Shown here: positions 1 to 9,305 of the stretch, piece after piece
How the letters are laid out: every line of letters begins with the position of its first letter
Numbering within the stretch: position 1 is the first letter of the stretch
Source of the DNA: Nemertoderma westbladi
Taxonomy: Eukaryota > Animalia > Xenacoelomorpha
NCBI GenBank assembly: GCA_032718475.1
Contig: JAUCBJ010007063.1
Location: forward strand, 13,569 to 77,568
Direction: 5' to 3'
Length of the DNA stretch: 64,000 bases
Notes under the pieces: model-generated
The model's input: only the letters and a program-made list of their open reading frames with translations
Database searches by the model: none
What the model was told of the DNA's origin: nothing
Program-made: the position numbers and the translations under genes

Positions 1-2975
1 CATTTTTAATATTGACAGTATGGATTACAGATACTGATGATCCTCCACCATCTGTAGCCACTAAATTAAATTTTGCTGTGGTGCCAACTTCATAGTCTAA
101 AGGTTTATCTAATGTTATTTTCCCATTATTACAGTTTACAGCAAATTGATTTGCTGGATTTTGACTTGCAATGGAGTATACAATATTTCCATGATCACCA
201 TCATCATTATCATTTCCTGAGATAGAAAAACCACTAAGATCGGTATGCAAAGGTTCATTTTCAGGTAAATTTATAGAAGTAGTTGAGGTAATAGCCGGGG
301 TATCTTCATTACTAGCTATTACATTAATGATAACAGGCATATTGAAAATCTTCACACCATCATTTACAGTAACAGAGGCTGTGATTTGACGGGCTGCAGA
401 TGCCTCATAATCAAGTTGTTTTATTAATTCTAATTTTCCGGTTGAAGGATTGTTTGAAACCTGTAGGTAGCCAGCAGGACTCTCAGATGTAATTGAATAT
501 GTTAGAGTAGCTGCACTTTGGTCAGGATCAACACAACGTAAATCCGCAAATAATACCATTGGCACTGAAGTTGTAGAAGCCTCCTCTATATCTATTTCGA
601 TTGAAGAAGGATCACAGGTTGGTGCAAATTCATTGGTGTCTACTATTGTTACAGTAAACGAATGACCAACATCAGGGTTATCGTCATCTTTCGCAACTAA
701 GACAAGATTGTAACTAGATGTTGTTTCACAATCAAGAACTTCTGGATTTATAACTACTACATCTACATTCACATCATGGGTAGACCATGTTTCGCGAATA
801 CCAAATATATCATAATCATCTTTCAGAAAGACATTGTTGATGAAATCAGGTGGAAGATCTGAGTCTGTTGCAGTTGCTTGGTAAACTAAAAATCCATATG
901 TGCTATCTTCAGGTACATTATTAAGGGTCCCACCAGTCCAGGTTGGAGGACCGTCATCTCTGGGAAGTAATGAAATGTAGGATTTTACTAAGACATAATT
1001 ATTATTGTTTGACGTTTCCTTGACTACAATGACATCTGTAAATGACATCACTCCTAAGTCCCAGTCCATAGCAGCAGCAACAACTCCAGTTTTGACGATC
1101 ATTTCATTTGAGTTACTCCCTCCAAGCTGAAACTGGGTTCCCCCAGTTGGAATAGTTAATGTGTAGGTCCATTGAGCACCTTCGCTGCATGGTATTTTGC
1201 CATTTGTCACAATAGTGCCATCTCCAGAATCTTCTGGAAGGTATCCATACACACTAAATGTGCTACATGTTGGCAAGGTTTCCAGTTCATTTGTAATAGT
1301 AATAGATATAATTTTCTCAACAGACTTTTCTCCATCTGAGAGAAGTACCTTTAGTGGTATAGGATTTACTGACAAGTCTTCAGCCACTATAGGTTTCTTC
1401 AAAGTTATTTGCCCAGATATTTCATTAATTGCAAAGAATGCCGTGGGATCACCACCAATAATTCTAAATGTTAACTCCTTTAAACCAAAACCTCCATTGT
1501 CATTATCTGATACAATGGTGTTCATTGCCGAAACTATTTCATCACCAACAGTCTTTGCATGTTCCCCTATCGTAGGATTAGAAGGGGATGAAGTAAAAGA
1601 TGGTATGAATTCATTATATGGAACAACTTCAACTACAACGTTAGTCTGGGCTGTGTTGACAGTATCGGAAACTTGAACAACTAAGGTGTAGGTTGTGGGA
1701 TTTGGAGAGGGATCATCAATATCCAATGGTACACTGGTTCGCAATACACCCGCAGTGGTAACTTCGAAATTAGACTTACCAGTTCCAGTTGTGGTATATG
1801 TCAATGTTCCTGGGGTTATATCGAGGTCTGTTACTTTTAGATCAATGATATCTGTTATGAGACCTTCTCGTACTGTTCCATAGTAATAGTTCAGTTGAAA
1901 AGCTGGTGCATTATCATTTTTATCATTTAAATTGACATTGGCAGATACAGAAGCGCTTTGATCCCCAGTGGGATTGTGACAAGTCAATGTAAGTGTGTAA
2001 GAATCAATTGTTTCTCTATCTAATGGGGCTGTAGTTGAAACCTTTCCGGTGTTATAATTTATTGAGAATTGGTCATTGCCAGCAGCAGGATCCGATGTAA
2101 GTGTCCAGTATATTTCCTTGTGTGGGGTGTAAAGGTCTGCATCAGAACAAGAAGGATTCCATGAAAGGACAGTACCAATAATGGTATCCTCATCTATTGC
2201 AACATCAGTTAGAGCAGTTGGTATGGGGGTATTATCATTAATTGGTGCAACCACAATGTTAAGAGTAGCTGTACTTGTGAGACCTCCATCAGACACCTGG
2301 ATGGTTAAATCGTAATGGAAATTTTTGGCTGACAACTTATCATAGTCAAGCCCTGTCCGAGTAATTATCTCTGAGCCTGATATATCAAATTTGGTATCTG
2401 GAGGTATGTCATCTCCACTAATTATGGTATAGGTGAGTGGGGATCCCTCGGGATCACTGCATCTGCTATTCATATTAAATATTGTTGTACTTGAAGCCAA
2501 CAAACTAGATTCGGGAAAGCCCCCCACTGCGGCAACAATATAGGCAGGAATGCATACAGGAACCTGTGTATTTCCATCTTGCCAAGTTACTTCTAATCTA
2601 CGTTTATCATCATTTCCATCAGCATCAGTAACAGTTATGGTGTATACTTGAACTGTGCCTAATGGTGCAGTAGTTGACACATCTTCCACCAAATATATAT
2701 TACCACCCACAGGGTCTATTGTCAACCATTGTTTAGCTGCTGTATCCAAAGCGAAATATGCTTGATCGAATGATCCATATAGTTTCTCATCATCCGTCAT
2801 CGATATTGCTGGTGTTATTGTAATCTTTGTTCCAGATAATTGACCTTCGCTAATAGTAGCTTTATATGTATTTCCATCTGATATTCCAAATACTGGTTCC
2901 TCGTCAATAATATTTTGTAAACGAATTATCACGTTTTTAGTTGAATCAGCTTTCATCCCGGCTTCGTCTTCGACT
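1..2975 (-). CDS. Large internal exon of a multi-repeat cadherin (Fat/Dachsous/protocadherin-like); runs off the left end of the window
   Basis: Minus-strand acceptor ttttaactatttAG (AG at 2977-2976), then A|GTC GAA GAC... reading VEDEAGMKADSTKNVIIRLQNIIDEEPVF. Cadherin calcium-binding motifs recur: DKNDNAPAF (~1900-1925), LDRE (~2012-2023), LDYE (~405-416), ATDGG (~45-59). The codon phase at 2974 matches that at the left window edge. It is probably missing from the ORF track because no stop is reached inside the window. Confidence 0.93.
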
Positions 2976-3245
2976 CTAAATAGTTAAAAATTCAAAAAAT
3001 TATATTAATATTAGAGACATTGCCCTGCATAGCACACAGCACAATATTTAGTATCTCTATAGTACAGAACAGAAAAGTTGGTTTAAAAAAATAGAGAAAA
3101 GAAGGAGCCCTCTTTGAATTTGAGGAATTTTCACGAGAATATATCTTAGTTTTGAAAATTAAGTTGAGGGAGAGTCCTTTTTTTTTTCTTTGTTGATTAA
3201 AACAAATACAGGAACTAAATCAAAACAATAAATCCTACTGGTTTG

Positions 3246-3397
3246 CATAGGTACTAACTCAATGGTGATTGTGTAGTCTGGTCCTGCCTCTGTATCCACA
3301 CCATTACTATCATAGTAAACTACATAGGTACTAACTCAATGGTGATTGTGTAGTCTGGTCCTGCCTCTGTATCCACACCATTACTATCATAGTAAAC
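3246..3397. repeat. 75-bp exact tandem duplication spanning the exon 3' end and splice donor
   Basis: 3246-3320 equals 3323-3397 (cataggtactaactcaat...catagtaaac), separated by 'ta'. Confidence 0.95.
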
Positions 3398-3540
3398 CTT
3401 TCCAGATGATTTATCTATACGAAATGGAACACCGGGAGTTGTAATGGAATAAACCAAAGTTTTCCACGTTGGATCAACAGCATAAATATCGGGATCCGAT
3501 ATAAATTGTGATACATCGAGCAATGCATTACTAGTATCAC
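3336..3540 (-). CDS. 205-bp upstream exon of the same cadherin gene
   Basis: Acceptor tttatcgtttgtgttacAG (3542-3541). Reads (G)DTSNALLDVSQFISDPD...LVYSIT...PFRIDKSSGKVYY...DYTITI. Donor GA|GTTAGT (GT at 3335-3334). The trailing GA plus the leading A of the next exon gives GAA, joining in frame as TITIEVEDEAG, a cadherin-like F-strand xD motif. The intron is 2976-3335. Confidence 0.88.
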
Positions 3541-3644
3541 CTGTAACACAAACGATAAATCTAATTACTAATTATTATTAAAATTAGATAAATGATAATG
3601 ATGTGAGTGATAATATTAAACCAATGATATAACCGAGGATGCCA

Positions 3645-5800
3645 TATGATGAGTATAGGAAGGTGTGGCCATACAGGGTGTGTAGAGTGAGAGAATGGTG
3701 TCGTATGATGAGTATAGGAAGGTGTGGCCATACAGGGTGTGTAGAGTGAGAGAATGGTGTGGTATGATGAGTATAGGAAGCTGTGGCCATACAGGGTGTG
3801 TAGAGTGAGAGAATGGTGTGGTATGATGAGTATAGGAAGGTGTGGCCATACAGGGTGTGTAGAGTGAGAGAATGGCGTGGTATGATGAGTATAGGAAGGT
3901 GTGGCTATACAGGGTGTGTAGAGTGAGAGAATGGTGTGGTATGATGAGTATAGGAAGGTGTGGCCATACAGGGTGTGTAGAGTGAGAGAATGGCGTGGTA
4001 TGATGAGTATAGGAAGGTGTGGCCATACAGGGTGTGTATAGAGTGAGAGAATGGTGTGGTATGATGAGTATAGGAAGGTGTAGCCATACAGGGTGTGTAG
4101 AGTGAGAGAATGGCGTGGTATGATGAGTATAGGAAGGTGTGGCCATACAGGGTGTGTAGAGTGAGAGATTGGCGTGGTATGATGAGTATAGGAAGGTGTG
4201 GCCATACAGGGTGTGTAGAGTGAGAGAATGGCGTGGTATGATGAGTATAGGAAGGTGTGGCCATACAGGGTGTGTAGAGTGAGAGAATGGTGTGCTATGA
4301 TGAGTATAGGAAGGTGTGGCCATACAGGGTGTGTAGAGTGAGAGAATGGTGTGGTATGATGAGTATAGGAAGGTGTGGCCATACAGGGTGTGTAGAGTGA
4401 GAGAATGGCGTGGTATGATGAGTATAGGAAGGTGTGGCCATACAGGGTGTGTAGAGTGAGAGAATGGTGTGGTATGATGAGTATAGGAAGATGTGGCCAT
4501 ACAGGGTGTGTAGAGTGAGAGAATGGTGTGGTATGATGAGTATAGGAAGGTGTGGCCATACAGGGTGTGTAGAGTGAGATAATGGCGTGGTATGATGAGT
4601 ATAGGAAGGTGTGGCCATACAGGGTGTGTAGAGTGAGAGAATGGCGTGGTATGATGAGTATAGGAAGGTGTGGCCATACAGGGTGTGTAGAGTGAGAGAA
4701 TGGTGTGGTATGATGAGTATAGGAAGGTGTGGCCATACAGGGTGTGTAGAGTGAGAGAATGGTGTGGTATGATGAGTATAGGAAGCTGTGGCCATACAGG
4801 GTGTGTAGAGTGAGAGAATGGCGTGGTATGATGAGTATAGGAAGGTGTGGCCATACAGGGTGTATAGAGTGAGAGAATGGCGTGGTATCATGAGTATAGG
4901 AAGGTGTGGCCATACAGGGTGTGTAGAGTGAGAGAATGGTGTGGTATGATGAGTATAGGAAGCTGTGGCCATACAGGGTGTGTAGAGTGAGAGAATGGCG
5001 TGGTATGATGAGTATAGGAAGGTGTGGCTATACAGGGTGTGTAGAGTGAGAGAATGGCGTGGTATGATGAGTATAGGAAGGTGTGGCCATACAGGGTGTG
5101 TAGAGTGAGAGAATGGCGTGGTATGATGAGTATAGGAAGGTGTGGCCATACAGGGTGTGTAGAGTGAGAGAATGGTGTGGTATGATGAGTATAGGAAGGT
5201 GTGGCCATACAGGGTGTGTAGAGTGAGAGAATGGCGTGGTATGATGAGTATAGGAAGGTGTGGCCATACAGGGTGTGTAGAGTGAGAGAATGGCGTGGTA
5301 TGATGAGTATAGGAAGGTGTGGCCATACAGGGTGTATAGAGTGAGAGAATGGTGTGGTATGATGAGTATAGGAAGGTGTGGCCATACAGGGTGTGTAGAG
5401 TGAGAGAATGGTGTGGTATGATGAGTATAGGAAGGTGTGGCCATACAGGGTGTGTAGAGTGAGAGAATGGCGTGGTATGATGAGTATAGGAAGGTGTGGC
5501 CATACAGGGTGTGTAGAGTGAGAGAATGGCGTGGTATGATGAGTATAGGAAGGTGTGGCCATACAGGGTGTGTAGAGTGAGAGAATGGCGTGGTATGATG
5601 AGTATAGGAAGGTGTGGCCATACAGGGTGTGTAGAGTGAGAGAATGGTGTGGTATGATGAGTATAGGAAGGTGTGGCCATACAGGGTGTGTAGAGTGAGA
5701 GAATGGTGTGGTATGATGAGTATAGGAAGGTGTGGCCATACAGGGTGTGTAGAGTGAGAGAATGGTGTGGTATGATGAGTATAGGAAGGTGTGGCCATAC
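3645..5800. repeat. 59-bp tandem satellite, left part
   Basis: Unit tatgatgagtataggaaggtgtggccatacagggtgtgtagagtgagagaatgg(t/c)gtgg, about 36 copies, highly homogeneous. Confidence 0.98.
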
Positions 5801-7080
5801 TGTAAAAGCTTCTGTGGGATATAACTGGCCCCTTTGCTTCGCAATCCAGTTTCCCCCTAGGCGCTGGAATACTCTAAAAGGGTTCTCTAACTGTATATAT
5901 ATTCCCCTCGCCCGCAAGGTACCGTTACAGGTGTTTTTAACGGACATAAAAGTCATTCTTCTATATACGTGTTTTAGCGGACATGGTAAGGCAAAAAACC
6001 CGCAATACGGCAAATACTTTTACACAGCTTAGCCGTGATGATTCAGATTACGACATCTAACAGCTGGTTGCTTAAATGGAAACAGCCATTGGACGCATGG
6101 TTCTTTGTTTGGCTTCAGCCAATCAGAGCGATTTTCTCTGTCGATGTGGAGCTTTGAGCCGATCATACTGGGAGTGTTCAGTCTTACTGTTTTTTACTGA
6201 TACTTTGTTGTTATTGCTGTCTAAGCCAGAAACACCGGCTCTAGAGTTAATTGTTTTCATACTTTAAAAGAAACATTAGTAGGCTTAAATTATAGAGCGT
6301 ATGACTGTTATCAGTTCAACTCAGTGCATAACAGTGCATATCACTGTACATATCGGTTCATATCATATCTTAACCTACCGTCTTAACGTTTTGCTGTTGT
6401 CATATTTTATATCAGTTGATTGAATATTATCTGGAGAACATTTATAAAGAACCCAAATTTCCCAATTTTCTTGATACACTACAGGTTAGAGAGGCGGGTT
6501 ATATATATAGCGATTGCGACTTATATTATTGTGGTGTGTATTGAATTTAATGCTATTTGATAAGCACTACATTGGTCCGTTGCTATTTTCTTTATATATG
6601 ATAAAATTCATTGACGGTCGGCAAGTTAGTGAGCAGTATTGTGTGTTACCGGTAGTGTGCATGATTGTGACGGATAACTAAGCATTTCCTAAAGAATGCG
6701 CCTCATACGTGAATCTTAAGCCTTACCGACTTACCGTTGTGATTAGTGTAAGTCATATCTCTGTTTACCTAGATAGAGCGCCACGTCCTAAAGGAACTGT
6801 TAATATTTCCCGAAAGTAAATAATATTAGTCAGAAATTAATTATTAACGATCAATCGAATAATACAATACAGTAAGCTTCACTGCAATAATAATTTAAGC
6901 CCTCAGAATCCAGTCTCCCGGGATTATCCAGCGGGTGAATGGACGCGCACTAGGCTGGCTTCTGCTAATGTTGTGTTTATTGGTATTAAATATTTGTCAT
7001 CTTCTAAAGTATATTTATAAACCAAAAGACATATAAATTTTGGCAGGTTAAACTGCTAAAGGTCTTCAAAAGCGCGTACA
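5801..7080 (+). repeat. 5' LTR of the BEL/Pao element (1280 bp)
   Basis: tgtaaaagct...gcgcgtaca. Matches 20634-21910 except for one C/T substitution (5909) and a 3-bp indel near 6561, by eye. Confidence 0.97.
6086..6326 (+). promoter_or_regulatory. Probable LTR promoter region: CCAAT boxes, AT-rich TATA-like tracts, TCAGT initiator-like motifs
   Basis: ATTGG at 6088-6092, AGCCAATCAG at 6117-6126, TTTAAAA at 6263-6269, AAATTATAG at 6287-6295, TCAGTT at 6311 and TCAGTG at 6321. These are motif matches only. Confidence 0.45.
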
Positions 7081-7091
7081 ATAACAGTCAT
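7081..7091 (+). other. Non-tRNA primer-binding-site position, complementary to LTR nt 6301-6311 (candidate self-priming PBS)
   Basis: ATAACAGTCAT directly follows the LTR terminal CA. Its reverse complement ATGACTGTTAT is at 6301-6311 (and 21134-21144). There is no TGG next to the LTR. Confidence 0.6.
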
Positions 7092-7146
7092 TGACTTTAT
7101 TGCAGTAAGCAATAAAGTTGAAAGTACCGGTCAACCGGTAAACCTG

Positions 7147-7272
7147 AACCGGTACTTCTGTAGGTCAGTAGGCCCAACTGCCAGAACCGGTACTGCTGTA
7201 GGTCCGTAGGTCCAACTGCCAGAACCGGTACTTCTGTAGGTCCGTAGGCCCAACTGTCCTAACCGGTACTTC
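7147..7272. repeat. 38-bp tandem repeat (3 copies plus a partial) in the BEL/Pao leader
   Basis: aaccggtact...gtaggtc(a/c)gtagg(c/t)ccaactg with starts at 7147, 7185, 7223 and 7261. Confidence 0.92.
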
Positions 7273-7444
7273 CAGTATAAGTACATTAGTATTATTCGAT
7301 TTTGATTATTGTATACTGGTAGGTCTTAGTATTTAATCAGGGACTGCAGCCCTGGTTTTTTATTGAGATTTTACTCATTTCTGTCGGTTTTATTTACATG
7401 TAAGTTAATATTGAGCTGAAGACGTGTAAGTCTGCTCAGATTGT

Positions 7445-8023
7445 TCAGATAATTGTAGGCTGAGCTGCTGTCTGACTGTTGTTGGGTTTGGAGAGATTAC
7501 GGCGTGTGTAGAGTTTGTCTGATAAAGTGCCGTTAGTAAGTTGGGGCAGCCATATGCTGTAAGGTCAATCCCCTCTTAAAGAATAAGTCGTACTACCGTG
7601 TTAGAACGCATACTAACTAACTATTTCAGAATCTGCATATACTGTAGTTTATTTAGGCTTGATCGTAGTCTGCCAGCGTTTTAGCCTGTGTTTGTTTGTG
7701 TGGTCTGTTCAGGTACCGTAATAGTTATTACTCAGATATTTTGTAGGCTGGATTGTTGTCTAGCTATTATTAGGTCTGAAGAGATTGCTGCTTGTGTAGA
7801 GTTTGTCTGATAAAGTGCCAGTTAGTAAGTTGGGGCAGTCATAACTGTAAGGTCAATCCCCTCTTAAAGAATAAGTCGTACTACCGTGTTAGAACGCATA
7901 CTAACTAACCGTTTTGGAATCTGCACATACAGTAGTTTATTTAGGCTTGGTGGTAGTCTGCCAGCGTTTGGTTTGTATTTTGTTTGAGTATTCTGTACGG
8001 GTAGCGTAATATTTATTATTCAG
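7445..8023. repeat. ~288-bp diverged tandem duplication in the BEL/Pao leader
   Basis: The core aaggtcaatcccctcttaaagaataagtcgtactaccgtgttagaacgcatactaactaac is identical at 7561 and 7849; the flanks are more diverged. Confidence 0.9.
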
Positions 8024-8951
8024 AGTTTATGCGATTATTCGCAACATTCATGTCCCCAAGTTTATTCCTACAGTAATTGTGCTTGTTATACATACCGTTA
8101 TAGTTAAATTAACCCCGGTACTACACGGGCTGCTTGGCGTAGGACAAGACTGGTGACTTTGTGCTCTGGTCACTCCAGCAGATGCCGTGGTTCTTTTAAC
8201 TGTTCAAGTATATTTAACTACTGATTATTTGTTGTACCAGTACTTGTACCTAATTTAGGGTTTAGTGTACAGTGCTTTCCGAGAGTAATTAGTGTGTAGG
8301 CAGTATATTTGTGTTGTAAAGTGGTTGATAGGCACATTCGTTAGCTCTATTAACTTCCAGGTAGGAACACTCCGTGATACATAACGTAGTACCTATAGAG
8401 ATACGGCTATAGGTCGTCAGGCGGTGGTATTTTCTTATCTGGACAGTGCAATATATTTACTACTACTTATTATTTTCAAATACCGTAGTACCCTGTCCGT
8501 TGTAATAACCAGAAATTCTAACCCTTTGTTAGACTGGTTTGTAGACTTCCTGTAAAATTACCCTAAAAATCTCGTACGTAATATTTTGTTGTGTTTAATA
8601 AGAGATTTAATCTCACCCATATCGTAAGTAATTTGTAGTATTAAGTAACTTAGGTAAATTAGAATTATCAGTTTTAGTGTCCCATAAATAGCACTTCACT
8701 GAGAGCGCACAGCTTCTGTGTAGTGACCCCCAGAAATAATAACATTTATTTCAAATATTGACAAAACCCATTTTAAACGGGTATATAAATATTATAAATC
8801 AACTCAAACGATTTATAAATAGTAGGCCTGCCATACAACAACTAGGTCTCAATATCAGTTGGACTACTGCTTAAATAACGGTAATAAAGTAAGTTAAAGT
8901 AACCAAGTAACCCTAAAATATTCAGAAATTCAATTATTCTAAAATAATTGA

Positions 8952-9200
8952 CATACCGGTGTTTACCATAGGCTTATTATATTTATTTCTATAAATTTGA
9001 GCTGAAATCATACCGGTACTCTGTAATTAATTCTAGTTCATAATTATACTTATATATACTATCAGTGTAAGCTGTATACCGGTATTCACGATAGGCCTAT
9101 TATATATTTATATATATCTGTGCTAAATTTATATACCGGTACTCTGTGACAAACCTAGTTTACAATACTTATATATACTATAAGTGTATACCAGTATTCT
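8952..9200. repeat. ~123-bp degenerate tandem duplication upstream of gag
   Basis: taccggtactctgt at 9011 and 9134; atacttatatatactat is present in both copies. Confidence 0.8.
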
Positions 9201-9305
9201 AATATACTGTAATAAATTAACGGTACTAGGCCAACGGTTATACTGAATTACTAGACTTGCTTTAACTGAAACTATAGCAGTAGACATTCAACTGTATAGC
9301 TAAAC

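Noticed and set aside
1197-1883. Plus-strand ORFs of 159 and 62 aa
   Set aside because: They are antisense shadows of the cadherin exon.
3320-3335. Mini-intron between the duplicated exon ends (GT at 3335 to AG at 3321-3320)
   Set aside because: It would be only 16 nt, too short for a normal metazoan spliceosomal intron.
3645-5800. Hammerhead ribozyme in the satellite (TGATGAG resembles the CUGAUGA core)
   Set aside because: The motif is ATGATGAG rather than CTGATGA, and no stem II followed by GAAA is present on either strand.
5703-6267. Small ORFs in the LTRs (repeated at 20610-21100)
   Set aside because: They are short, have no recognisable domain, and recur only because the LTR is duplicated.
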